The notes beneath the pieces were generated by a model. That model was not told the origin of the DNA and did no database searches. It saw nothing but the letters and a program-made list of their open reading frames with translations. Made by a program: the position numbers and the translations under genes. This document shows positions 17,865-26,837 of a stretch of 55,627 bases of DNA, piece after piece. Source of the stretch: Planctomycetota bacterium (GTDB lineage Bacteria; Planctomycetota; Planctomycetia; Planctomycetales; Planctomycetaceae); assembly GCA_043718945.1 (NCBI GenBank), contig JAYSUV010000042.1:1-55627 (forward strand). The letters run 5' to 3'. Every line of letters begins with the position of its first letter. Within the stretch, counting starts at the first letter, position 1.

Positions 17865-19484
17865 ATGAAACGCCTTCCCATCCAATCCTGGGCGCTTCTA
17901 CTAATCTGCGGGGGGCTTCTGCTCTGCGTCAGCATGGCCACGGTCGCGGCACCCAGTCGTTCGAAAGCCAAGGCAAAAAAAGCGGCTCCAAAGTTTGCCG
18001 ACATCAAGTCGACCGACGACCGCATGGCCGTCCTCGAACGCATTCGCCGCTCGTTCCCGGCCCTCAGCGGGAATGCCCGGTTCACTTCCGAAGACCTCGA
18101 CCAAGCGGTCGAGATGCACGTCCCACGCGTCACGAAAACCCCCTTCGCAGCTGTGGTCGATGACATCACGTTTCTGCGGCGTGTGAGCCTCGACCTGACC
18201 GGGGTGTCTCCTCAGCCGGAGAAGATCAAGACCTTCCTGGACGACAAAGACCCCAAGAAGCGGGCGAAAGTCATCGACCAGTTGCTCGCATCCGATGAGT
18301 ATTCTCGCAAGTGGGCAAGGTACTGGCGGGGTGTGGTGTTTCATGACTCTTCGGCTCAGAAAAATACTGTCAATCCGGGTGCCTTTGAGGAATGGCTCTA
18401 TACCGAGTTCAAGTCCGGGACCAGTTGGGATCGTGTCGTCGGCGAGATGCTTTCCGCCTCCCCGCAACGCCAGAAGGGGAAGAAGGCCAACGAAAACGGC
18501 TGGCAGCAGGACACCGGGGCGAATAATTTCGTGCTCGCCTGCGAGAACAAGCCGGAGATCATCGCTGCTCAGTCGGCCCGCATCTTTATGGGGATCAGTG
18601 TCGGTTGTGCGGAGTGCCACGACCACCCGTTTGATGATTGGAAGCGGGAAGAGTTCCACGAGATGGCGGCGTTCTTCTCGCCGGGCAAGTACTACATGAC
18701 CGACGCTGCTGATCCCGATAAGAAGAGCGAGGTTCAGGCCGCCTTCCTGTTGGGAGAAACGCCGCCACCGAATCTCCCCGCTGGTCAGCGGCGTGTCGTC
18801 GTGGCCGCTTACATGGTCTACAACCCGGACAATCACTGGTTCGCGCGGGCCTATGTGAATCGGATCTGGAATGAGCTGCTCGGCGACGGGTTCTATGCCG
18901 TGGACAGCCTCGGCCCTGACAAGGAAGTGGTGCATCAACTGATCGTCAACCGGCTGGCCTACACCTTCCGCGCGGGGGGCTTCGACACAAAGTCTTTGTT
19001 CCGCACGATCGCCAACAGCCAGACCTACCAGCGCGAGATTCGCACGATCACCGACGATGCCGATCTGTTCACCTCGGTGCGTCCGACGCGGCTGCGGCCG
19101 TTTGAGGTGGCCGACGAACTGGAGCGAGTCCTCGGCAAGGACATGAAGCCGATCCGCAACGGTGTCGAGAAGGCGTTCGAGTTCAACCCCTCGATCCCCC
19201 AACGCGATCTGGAAGGCTCGATGCAGCAAGCTCTACTGCTGATGAACCAGCCGCAGATTCAGAACAAGCTAGCGAAGGGGGGGCTCAAGCAGAAGCTGGT
19301 CGGGATCAAGGACAATCCCGCGATGATCGAGGCCGCCTTCCTCGGCATCCTGGCCCGCAAACCGACCGCTGAGGAGACCGACCGATACTCGAAGTTCATC
19401 AAATCCACTGGCGATCGCCCGACTGCGATCGACGACCTGCTGTGGGTGCTGCTGAACAGTGCCGAGTTTACCACCAAGAGATAG
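17865..19484 (+). CDS. DUF1549/DUF1553 domain protein (planctomycete PSD1-type)
   Basis: Signal peptide MKRLPIQSWALLLICGGLLLCVSMATVAAP from ATG 17865. LDLTGVSPQPEKIKTFLDD...DQLLASDEYSRKWARYW is the DUF1549 block. CAECHDHPFDDW is the DUF1553 block. Confidence 0.85.
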   Translation: MKRLPIQSWALLLICGGLLLCVSMATVAAPSRSKAKAKKAAPKFADIKSTDDRMAVLERIRRSFPALSGNARFTSEDLDQAVEMHVPRVTKTPFAAVVDDITFLRRVSLDLTGVSPQPEKIKTFLDDKDPKKRAKVIDQLLASDEYSRKWARYWRGVVFHDSSAQKNTVNPGAFEEWLYTEFKSGTSWDRVVGEMLSASPQRQKGKKANENGWQQDTGANNFVLACENKPEIIAAQSARIFMGISVGCAECHDHPFDDWKREEFHEMAAFFSPGKYYMTDAADPDKKSEVQAAFLLGETPPPNLPAGQRRVVVAAYMVYNPDNHWFARAYVNRIWNELLGDGFYAVDSLGPDKEVVHQLIVNRLAYTFRAGGFDTKSLFRTIANSQTYQREIRTITDDADLFTSVRPTRLRPFEVADELERVLGKDMKPIRNGVEKAFEFNPSIPQRDLEGSMQQALLLMNQPQIQNKLAKGGLKQKLVGIKDNPAMIEAAFLGILARKPTAEETDRYSKFIKSTGDRPTAIDDLLWVLLNSAEFTTKR

Positions 19485-19604
19485 CGAGCGCGCGGACGTC
19501 AGTCCCCCGTGCCCGTGCAATGTGATCTGTTTGGGAAGGGCGTGGCTGACGCTCGTCCCTCACTCACAACGGCCCTCGCCAAGCCATAGACCGTGCCGCC
19601 CCAC

Positions 19605-20222
19605 TCATTGACAGGCTTCATGCTTGACTTCCCGATCTCCAAATCCTGTATTCATCACCTGAAATAAAAGCAGCTTTGGCTTCCTCGGCTCAGGTGATTC
19701 CTCGACTGGTTCTTCAACAACTACAATCGCCATTTCGTTGCCTGCGTAATTCTGTGGAAACCCTCGTCCCAATGAACGCCAAGTGGGTTGACCCTTATGG
19801 AAACTCATCACAAAACTACAATTAGTCTTTTCCGTGAGAGTGCTGTCTTTATAGAATAATAAATGTAACCTCACTTTGGTCTGGAATTCCGCTTCCCCGA
19901 TGTCTCCATCGCCATTCTGGCACTCAATGGTGCAAGTGTTTTTCTGCCCATCCTGGGGGAACGCCTTCACATGGCATGAAACAACGTAGACTTCCGGGTG
20001 TGAATCAACCTGTGGCTCTGCGGAAAAATCGGCCAAATCGTAATCGAGATCCGCCAGCACTCTCTGCACCGACATGTGTCTTGTGGCTGGGACCAGAATG
20101 TTCGGGGACGAATTCTCCGCATTGCCATTGACAACACACAAGCCCAAAAGTGCCAACGCTCCGAAAATGTATGATCTCACTCGACGACTCCCTGCCTGAT
20201 GACCCACTTGACGAGAAATCAA
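19605..20222 (-). CDS. Hypothetical secreted protein on an AT-richer islet
   Basis: The track ORF starts at TTG 20222 (TTGA overlap with the upstream gene stop). GTG 20180, preceded by GGGAG, would give the signal peptide (M)RSYIFGALALLGLCVVNGNA. The 60 nt at 19621-19680 contain 26/60 G+C by hand count. No recognisable family. Confidence 0.55.
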   Translation of the reverse strand: MISRQVGHQAGSRRVRSYIFGALALLGLCVVNGNAENSSPNILVPATRHMSVQRVLADLDYDLADFSAEPQVDSHPEVYVVSCHVKAFPQDGQKNTCTIECQNGDGDIGEAEFQTKVRLHLLFYKDSTLTEKTNCSFVMSFHKGQPTWRSLGRGFPQNYAGNEMAIVVVEEPVEESPEPRKPKLLLFQVMNTGFGDREVKHEACQ

Positions 20223-21388
20223 CCCACCGAGCTGGATGAACTTTCTCCACCGGAACTGGATGAGCTCACAAAAGAACTCGAACTGGATGAGCTTTCGATA
20301 CTCGAACTGGATGAGCTTTCCACGCTAGAGCTGGATGAGTTCGCCGAAGAACTCGAGCTCGATGAACTCCCATCACTCGAACTCGATGAGCTGACACCGC
20401 TCGAACTGGATGAGCTTATCATGCTCGAACTCGATGAGCTTACCAGACTCGAACTCGACGAGCTTCCGTCACTCGAACTCGATGAACACTCTGACGAACT
20501 CGAGCTAGACGGCTTGTCTCTGACGGTAAACTGCCAAGAGTAAGCACCGTATTTCGTGATTTGGTTACAATTCGCATTGGTCGAATTCGTCCGTTTAACC
20601 GTCACCGACGTGGTTGCAGTGTAAGTGCCCGGAGTGAGAGTCGCGACACCTCCCAGCAAACTCACACTACTGTAGATGCCAGCGGGAAATGGTGGATCAG
20701 GCTTAGTATCTCCAAATATCAGCGTGTTGTTATGACCCGGTCCCGTAAGATGCAACTTGAAATAAAATTGAAACTTTCTCGTACAACTCGTGTCACCAGT
20801 GACACGAAAGTAGACTTTATTCTGAATGCCAACCAACCCTTCGTCCACTTCTTCGTTGGGCGCTGGAATCGGGACAGTGCAGCCTGGAACAGAATCGTTC
20901 ACGGCGCTGCAGAAATCCACAGACGGAATACACCCTGCGGGGTCGCCAATGGTCACAGTATGAATTTGCGTGTCTAAAAGAACAGCGGGCTCATAACTTC
21001 CGTCCGCGTTCTTCTCTTCGGATTCGACCTTCGCACTTAGGAGATATCTCCCCTCGACCAATGTCGCTGTGGCGTTGCCAACCGTCCAGGTCTTCGCCAT
21101 AAATGCCTGCGTGTACGTTGCTCGAAAAAAACCTCCTGGGGACGTGACGCAAGTCGAGAAATCGAATACGGTGATGGTAACTGTGAGGCGATATGATTTG
21201 GGATTCGGGTCCGATCCGAACCCCGGAATCGTCACTTCGGCATTGGCTGTGGAATCAACCGGCGGTGAATCGGTCACCGAACCCTTCGCTGGAGTGAAGT
21301 CCTTGATGTGACCCGTGATAGCTGCCACCGAATTGCTCCAATGATTGAGACCGTTTTGCAAGGCTGTCATTGCCTGACAACAATTCAA
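20219..21388 (-). CDS. Hypothetical protein with beta-rich N-terminal region and roughly 95-residue serine-repeat C-terminal tail
   Basis: 389-codon ORF from ATG 21388. The last roughly 95 residues are SSSSSSxx units (…SSSSSECSSSSSDGSSSSSSLVSSSSSSMISSSSSSGVSSSSSS…). Its stop overlaps the next ORF start. The region is AT-richer. No family recognised. Confidence 0.55.
   Translation of the reverse strand: MNCCQAMTALQNGLNHWSNSVAAITGHIKDFTPAKGSVTDSPPVDSTANAEVTIPGFGSDPNPKSYRLTVTITVFDFSTCVTSPGGFFRATYTQAFMAKTWTVGNATATLVEGRYLLSAKVESEEKNADGSYEPAVLLDTQIHTVTIGDPAGCIPSVDFCSAVNDSVPGCTVPIPAPNEEVDEGLVGIQNKVYFRVTGDTSCTRKFQFYFKLHLTGPGHNNTLIFGDTKPDPPFPAGIYSSVSLLGGVATLTPGTYTATTSVTVKRTNSTNANCNQITKYGAYSWQFTVRDKPSSSSSSECSSSSSDGSSSSSSLVSSSSSSMISSSSSSGVSSSSSSDGSSSSSSSSANSSSSSVESSSSSSIESSSSSSSFVSSSSSGGESSSSSVG
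20225..20515. repeat. About 12 tandem copies of a ~24-nt unit (core GAACTSGATGAGCT) encoding the poly-Ser tail
   Basis: GATGA/GACGA cores recur at about 24-nt (occasionally 26-27-nt) spacing from 20231 to 20497. The minus frame reads SSSSSSxx using mixed Ser codons (AGC TCA TCC AGT TCG AGT). The plus frame also stays open (ELDEL repeats). Confidence 0.85.
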
Positions 21389-21585
21389 AAATATGCTGGA
21401 AACTGTTATAAGTCAAGAACAAAGTTTTCGCGGTCGAGTGGCACGCCCTGACGCATCGGGAGGGGAGTGGCTCGCGCCCGTGTCTCACTCACCACGGCCT
21501 TTGCAACGTGCCACCCCCTGTCTCTTCTTCCCACGCTCCCACCACACGGGAGACTGATGCCCCCCGCTCGCTGTTGACTCCCATT

Positions 21586-22866
21586 ATGCTCCACATCCAC
21601 ATCCACCTCGACCGTTCCGGCTTCGTCACCCGCCGTTCATTCCTTCAACTTACCAGTGCGGGAGTCGCGGGGACGGGGGCCATTGGTGTTCTCAGTTCCT
21701 TCGGCTTAAACGCCGCCGAGATCAAAAAACAGGGGAAGTCCTGCATTCTGGTCTTCCTCAACGGGGCCCCGAGTCAGATGGAAACTTGGGATCCCAAGCC
21801 CGGTACATCGAACGGCGGGCCGACGAAGGGGATAAAGACCTCCATCGCTGGGGTGCAGTTCGCCGAGTTCTGGCCCAAGCTGGCGGCGTCGATGAATGAC
21901 TTGTCGGTCATCCGCTCGCTGGTCGGCAAAGAGGCCGCTCACGAGCGCGGGCAGTACCACCTCCACACCGGTCACCGGCTGGCAGGCACGACCAAGTTCC
22001 CGCACTTCGGGTCGATCGTTGCCCAGAAGCTCGGCGACCCCGACTCTGATATGCCCAACTTCGTCAGCATCGGCAACACCCTCAGTTCGGGATTCCTCGG
22101 CGTGAAGGTCGCCCCGTTCATCGTCAACAAACCGGGTTTGCTGCCGGACAACGTCTCGAACGGGGCGGGGAACTCGCGGATGGAACGACGACTCGCCTTG
22201 CTGAAAGAGCAAGACGCGGGCCTCGCAGCTGCGGGGGCCACGGCACTCGCGAAAGAGCATGAGGAGATCTACAACCGGGCCGCGCGGCTGATGACCTCGG
22301 TCCGGTTGCGAGCGTTCGAGACGACGAGCGAGCCCGAGGCGATGAAGGCCGCGTACGGTGCCAGCCAGTTCGGGCAGGGGTGCCTGGTCGCCCGGCGACT
22401 GGTCGAAGCGGGCGTCCCATTCGTCGAGGTCCAGCGCGGCGGCTGGGACATGCACGAAAGCCTGTGGGACAAGATGAGCAAGACCGCTCCCGATGTGGAC
22501 CAAGGCGTTTCCCAGCTGATCGCCGACCTCAAGCAGCGGGGGCTCTACGAGAAGACGCTGGTGATCGTGATGGGCGAGTTCGGTCGCACGCCGAAGATCA
22601 ACCAGCGCAATCCCGAGGTGGGCCGCGACCACTGGGCCCGGAACTTTAACCTGCTGATCGGCGGTGGCGGCATCAAGGGCGGCGTTTGCGTCGGCAAAAC
22701 CAGCGACGACGGCAGCAGCATCACCGACCGCCCCGTCGAGGTCGACGACCTGTTCCAGACGATGGCCCAGGCCCTCGGCATCGACGGCACCGAAGAACTC
22801 ATCACACCCGAAGGCCGCCCGATCCGCATCGTGGACAAGGGGACGGTGATCTCCGAATTGGTGTAA
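21586..22866 (+). CDS. DUF1501 domain protein (sulfatase-like, Tat signal)
   Basis: TRRSFLQLTSAGVAGTGA Tat signal after ATG 21586. NGAPSQMETWDPKP, GGWDMHE, MGEFGRTP and GRDHW blocks are typical of DUF1501. Confidence 0.85.
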   Translation: MLHIHIHLDRSGFVTRRSFLQLTSAGVAGTGAIGVLSSFGLNAAEIKKQGKSCILVFLNGAPSQMETWDPKPGTSNGGPTKGIKTSIAGVQFAEFWPKLAASMNDLSVIRSLVGKEAAHERGQYHLHTGHRLAGTTKFPHFGSIVAQKLGDPDSDMPNFVSIGNTLSSGFLGVKVAPFIVNKPGLLPDNVSNGAGNSRMERRLALLKEQDAGLAAAGATALAKEHEEIYNRAARLMTSVRLRAFETTSEPEAMKAAYGASQFGQGCLVARRLVEAGVPFVEVQRGGWDMHESLWDKMSKTAPDVDQGVSQLIADLKQRGLYEKTLVIVMGEFGRTPKINQRNPEVGRDHWARNFNLLIGGGGIKGGVCVGKTSDDGSSITDRPVEVDDLFQTMAQALGIDGTEELITPEGRPIRIVDKGTVISELV

Positions 22867-22947
22867 CTCCGGACCGTATGACGGACGTCCGCGTCCGTCG
22901 TGTCATGAGATACGAAAAGGGTGGCCCCGGCGAGGAGTGACCAAGTG

Positions 22948-23403
22948 ATGAAACGCATCCTCTGGTTCATTCTGCTGATCGCTGCCGTGGCATGTGTGAC
23001 GCCGATTCTGATTCAGGAGAGCCGTCGCCAGATGTATATCAATGAAACGGAGAATGTCCGTCAGCTCTTGCAGCAAATGCGAACACGCCGTCCGGATGAA
23101 GTCCCCGAGAAGCAATGGAATCAGGCCGTGGAATGGGCGGAAATTGTGACCTCTAATGTCGCATGCGTGGACTACTTTTTTCCCTTGGAGGATTTGAAGC
23201 CGTTTCGTGTTGAACTGGAGCAGAAAATGAAAGGCCCCGTGGACCTGAACACGATCGACTGGATCTGGACCGACCTCAAGTCGGGAAATTCCAGTGGCGC
23301 AAAGTATGCTGCGACATGGGAGGCAAAGTACCGCTTCGAGGTACACGGAGAACCCATTCCAAAGTCGTCGCAGCTCTTTAATCCAGACTACTCCTTTCAG
23401 TGA
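22948..23403 (+). CDS. Hypothetical small N-terminally anchored protein
   Basis: ATG 22948 is preceded by GGCGAGGAG. MKRILWFILLIAAVACVTPILI forms a TM/signal anchor, followed by a soluble, charged domain. No family recognised. Confidence 0.55.
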   Translation: MKRILWFILLIAAVACVTPILIQESRRQMYINETENVRQLLQQMRTRRPDEVPEKQWNQAVEWAEIVTSNVACVDYFFPLEDLKPFRVELEQKMKGPVDLNTIDWIWTDLKSGNSSGAKYAATWEAKYRFEVHGEPIPKSSQLFNPDYSFQ

Positions 23404-23517
23404 GCAAACAGTGGCTAGTCGAGGAAGCCAGAATGCTAAGCCCCGGCAACCTACCCCCGAATTCGTGCGTTGAACCTGATGTCGGCGAGGAATACTCCAG
23501 CAGTGGTCACTCCCAAG

Positions 23518-25074
23518 TTACCGCTGCCCCAATGCTTTCTGCCGGGCGAGATGATAATCCGCCAGATCATCGTCTCCAAGTTGTGCATACGAGATTGCCA
23601 ACCCGTGGTGAATCTGGGCATTCAGGGGCAATTCTCGCAAGGCGAACTCCAATTCACGGACCGCCTCGGCCCACCGTTCCCGGCCGACCAGGATCTGACC
23701 TCGTGTTTCATGATAGAGCGGAGGTTTCGCATTCAGACGAATCGCCTCGTCCACACACTGCTCAGCCTCTTCCCAATCCGGAGCAGGCATCGATGACAGC
23801 GTATGAGCCAAATTGTTCCACGCGATGTCCGCTCTCGGTTCTCGCTTGACCGACTGACGCAGCAAGGTGACCGCTCGCTCCCACTGTTGATCTTGGGCCG
23901 CAGCTGTCCCCACCAGGTAGTAGGCGGCAGCGGGGGCCTGTCCATTGTCTAAATAGGGTTGAAGTTCCAGCTGAGCGGAGTGACGTAACTCAGGGGGGGC
24001 ATGAGCCGCGATATTCGCGAGGACGACCAGCGCCTCGCGGGCGTTGGGGTCGTAATTCCGGCTCAGGGTAACAAGCTCCCAGCGTCGCTTCCAAGACTCC
24101 GTGGCCTGCGGGAGATCGTTCGTCATGCGGAGATAGATCGAAGCCAATCGCTTTCGCAGATCGGGTGAATCCTGAGCCTCAATGGCCTGCGTCAGGGCCT
24201 TCGCGGCCTCCATTAAGAGTCCCTGCATCATGAGCGATTCAGACCAGTTCAAGTAGCACGTCACCCGTTGCTTCTCATGCTGAGGATTGGACGATGCTCC
24301 GCTGCGGGGCGCGGACTCCAGCTGGGAGAGGGACTCCGAGAAATAAGCGGCAGCTTGACCAGCGTATTCCGCTTTCTGGGTGTGTTGCTCGAGTTTTTCG
24401 TAGACGCGAGCTAGATCAAGCCGCCGGGCTGGCATCACGAGGACCACGGCCTCCAGGTGCTTTGCCGCAGACTGGAAATCTCCCCGCTGAAGGAACAGCT
24501 GGGCGAGCAGTTCGTGGCACAGGATGTAGCCGGGGTCGATCTCCAGTGCCTGCTGAAAGCGATCTATCGCACGGTCTGCAGCTTCCCCGTGAGGGCCGGG
24601 AGAGATTGACATTTCTCGGAGAGCCAACTGCGTGTGGGCCAGTGCGTCTTGAGACTGGTCGGAGTTGGTCAGCATCTCCCGGTAGCAAGCTGTGGCTAGA
24701 TCGAATTGGTCGCGCCGCATGGCGATCGCTGACCGCAGAGAGAGTATGGGATCGGTCGGTAATTGCAGGCTCTGGAGTCGCGTCTGGTAGAAAGCGGCCT
24801 GATCGACTTGCCCTTGCTTCAGCAGTTGCTGAGCTGTGACGACGTAGCGCTGAATGGTGGCCGAGTCCAGCTCCTGCCGAGAACGCAGCGTGACCGAGAA
24901 GACCAAAAATGCGACAGCAAGAGCCGGAACGCCCAGCAGCAAGTTCCGCATCCGGCGTGTCTGAACCCACCCGGCCACGAACCCCACACACGACCACAAA
25001 ACGTAGTACGGAAAAGTCCGCACACGCCAGAGGAAGTTCGGTGATGCGGTCCAAGGTTTCTCCCAAGAGATCAT
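23518..25074 (-). CDS. Membrane-anchored TPR-repeat protein, translationally coupled to the exosortase gene
   Basis: ATGA overlap with the exosortase stop (25071-25074). There are N-terminal TM segments. Multiple degenerate 34-aa TPR units follow (e.g. WNNLAHTLSS..., LYHETRGQILVGRERWAEAVRELEFALRELPLNAQIHHGLAISYAQLGDDDLADYHLARQ). Confidence 0.75.
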   Translation of the reverse strand: MISWEKPWTASPNFLWRVRTFPYYVLWSCVGFVAGWVQTRRMRNLLLGVPALAVAFLVFSVTLRSRQELDSATIQRYVVTAQQLLKQGQVDQAAFYQTRLQSLQLPTDPILSLRSAIAMRRDQFDLATACYREMLTNSDQSQDALAHTQLALREMSISPGPHGEAADRAIDRFQQALEIDPGYILCHELLAQLFLQRGDFQSAAKHLEAVVLVMPARRLDLARVYEKLEQHTQKAEYAGQAAAYFSESLSQLESAPRSGASSNPQHEKQRVTCYLNWSESLMMQGLLMEAAKALTQAIEAQDSPDLRKRLASIYLRMTNDLPQATESWKRRWELVTLSRNYDPNAREALVVLANIAAHAPPELRHSAQLELQPYLDNGQAPAAAYYLVGTAAAQDQQWERAVTLLRQSVKREPRADIAWNNLAHTLSSMPAPDWEEAEQCVDEAIRLNAKPPLYHETRGQILVGRERWAEAVRELEFALRELPLNAQIHHGLAISYAQLGDDDLADYHLARQKALGQR

Positions 25075-26771
25075 GGTGGGCCTGCGGGGACGGAGTTCTG
25101 GGACTGCTGACGAATGTTCTCTCGGAACGCGACGAAGAACTTCTGGAGTTCAGACTCTGCAAGTAAATCGACAGATTCCTGCTGTGAGCCCAAGGCCAGG
25201 ATCTGGACTTGATAGTAGGTGGGAAGTGTCCAGCGCGAGGAGTCGCCCGCGAACAGCCGCCGCCAGCGCGGGTGAATCCCTCGCCCAGACGGGGGCTGGT
25301 AGGGGGCTCCCTGTTGGTCGAACAGATCGAAGATCAACCTACCCGCCTGCTGGTCTTGATGCAGTGTGTACTGGAGCGCCGTGGACTGCTCCGGCAAGCG
25401 AGTGCGAGAGTCAGCTGTCCATCCGAGACCCCGATAGCAGACATCCAGATCGTGCCACTCCGGGAAGGGGTAATCGACAGAGGCGACGACGGTCTGGTCT
25501 CCCCGGCGATAAGTCCACTGTCGCGAGCGCTCACCAAACTCGCTGGAAGCACTGCGGTTCTCCCGACGAAAGTCAGTGAGAGTCCAGCCTGCCAGTTCAG
25601 CGGGCAGGCTCTCTTTCGATAACCCGTCGATCGTTTGACCGATTCCCAGACCGGTCGAGAATGGACCAATTCCCCCCCAGACCTGGAGAGCGCCCAGCGA
25701 AAGAAAGCCGATGGAGGTGACGATCACCAGAGCCTTCCAGCTGCGACCGATTGGGGACGTCGAACCCTCGGGACGATCGGCCAGCAACTCCACCGGTCGT
25801 TCGTGAGTCGGCCAGAACAGCCAGTTCCACAGGCGAGTCAAGCTGTTCCCCTCCATCGGTTCTGGAGAGTTGTCCTCTTCGACTCCGATCGGACCGAACA
25901 CAAATCTCAACATCGCATCGGTGCTGAATAGAGTCACTAAAGTCACGCAGAAGATCGCCAATCCCAGAAGGTCATGCGGCCAGCCCTGCGTCAAATCAAT
26001 CCCCAGTTTCTCCACAAACACTGCAATCGCCACCACTCGCAAAATGTTCGCTGCCCCAGCCCAAAACGCTCCCGCCACCATCAGCAGCAACGTATGAAAC
26101 CCAGTCCGACGCAGAAATGCCCCACAAATCGCAGCTGTGGCGACGATCGTATAGAGCGAGACAACTCCGCTACAGGCGGCTTCAACGAAGAGTTTACGGT
26201 CGGGAAATTCCAGCACGTTTCCTGTCTGGAAATGAACGATCTGTAGTTGATCCAGCACTCCACTACTAATACTGGTGGTAATCCGCTGGAGCCACTGAAT
26301 GAGCTGGACATCCCGCCCCTGTGGCAATCGCAGCAGTAGGCACAGCAATGCCCATTGTGACCATAAATTGACACGGGATCGCGCCACGAATGCGACCCCC
26401 GTCAGCAACCAGGCCGCATAGCCCAGCAACGGAGAAATCTGCAACACGGCATAGGTCGCCAGGCACAAACTCGCCACCAGCGATAGCCCCGCCAGCCAGG
26501 GGCGAGGGCAAACCGGGATCTGATCCGGATCCGTCCGTCGCACCTGAAAAAGGACTGCGACGGCCACGAGCACCAGTGGGAAATACTGGGTATGTGGTCG
26601 AGACCAGAGTTGTTGAAAATGCACAATCAGCAGCGGCAGGCCACTCAAAGTCCCGACGAGCATGGGCAGGGAGGGAGCGGCCCACCAACTTCCCTGACCA
26701 ATCGTCCGGGTGGGGGAGGAGGTGGACTCACGCATCTGTATATCCGACACGCGATCCTCCGGAGGAGTCAT
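25071..26771 (-). CDS. Exosortase-family transpeptidase fused to a C-terminal EpsI-like periplasmic domain
   Basis: Polytopic N-terminal half with FVEAACSGVVSL (Cys codon at 26172-26174), ANILRVVAIAVFVE (Arg) and WPHDLLGLAIF (His). This is the Cys/Arg/His signature of exosortase/archaeosortase. After one more TM helix, a roughly 200-aa domain (AGWTLTDFRRENRS...WTYRRGDQTVVASVDY) resembles EpsI. Confidence 0.75.
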   Translation of the reverse strand: MTPPEDRVSDIQMRESTSSPTRTIGQGSWWAAPSLPMLVGTLSGLPLLIVHFQQLWSRPHTQYFPLVLVAVAVLFQVRRTDPDQIPVCPRPWLAGLSLVASLCLATYAVLQISPLLGYAAWLLTGVAFVARSRVNLWSQWALLCLLLRLPQGRDVQLIQWLQRITTSISSGVLDQLQIVHFQTGNVLEFPDRKLFVEAACSGVVSLYTIVATAAICGAFLRRTGFHTLLLMVAGAFWAGAANILRVVAIAVFVEKLGIDLTQGWPHDLLGLAIFCVTLVTLFSTDAMLRFVFGPIGVEEDNSPEPMEGNSLTRLWNWLFWPTHERPVELLADRPEGSTSPIGRSWKALVIVTSIGFLSLGALQVWGGIGPFSTGLGIGQTIDGLSKESLPAELAGWTLTDFRRENRSASSEFGERSRQWTYRRGDQTVVASVDYPFPEWHDLDVCYRGLGWTADSRTRLPEQSTALQYTLHQDQQAGRLIFDLFDQQGAPYQPPSGRGIHPRWRRLFAGDSSRWTLPTYYQVQILALGSQQESVDLLAESELQKFFVAFRENIRQQSQNSVPAGPP

Positions 26772-26837
26772 GATTTAAGGTGAGCCCCTGCCAAGATCAG
26801 CTGCGATCAGGGGCTTCTACTCTGAACGAGCGATTCT

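Noticed and set aside
20225-20515. CRISPR array (also considered for the heptamer array 53086-53160)
   Set aside because: The units are contiguous tandem repeats of 24 nt and 7 nt with no unique spacers. No cas genes are present.
20199-20543. Plus-strand 114-aa ORF made of ELDEL repeats
   Set aside because: It is the mirror of the serine-repeat region. It has no non-repeat domain. It would overlap two minus-strand ORFs that are joined by a stop/start overlap. I kept the minus-strand reading and noted the ambiguity in a finding.
20219-21388. Accessory-Sec (SecA2) style link between the serine-rich protein and the SecA-like ATPase
   Set aside because: The two genes are about 27 kb apart on opposite strands. 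No SecY2, Asp or glycosyltransferase genes accompany either. The Ser-rich gene sits on a separate AT-rich islet.
12587-22632. Long antisense ORFs opposite well-supported genes (12587-13555 +, 16419-17336 +, 17901-19229 -, 21706-22632 -)
   Set aside because: Each lies entirely inside a gene with strong family motifs on the other strand. Each has an Arg/Pro/Gly-rich composition typical of GC-rich antisense frames.
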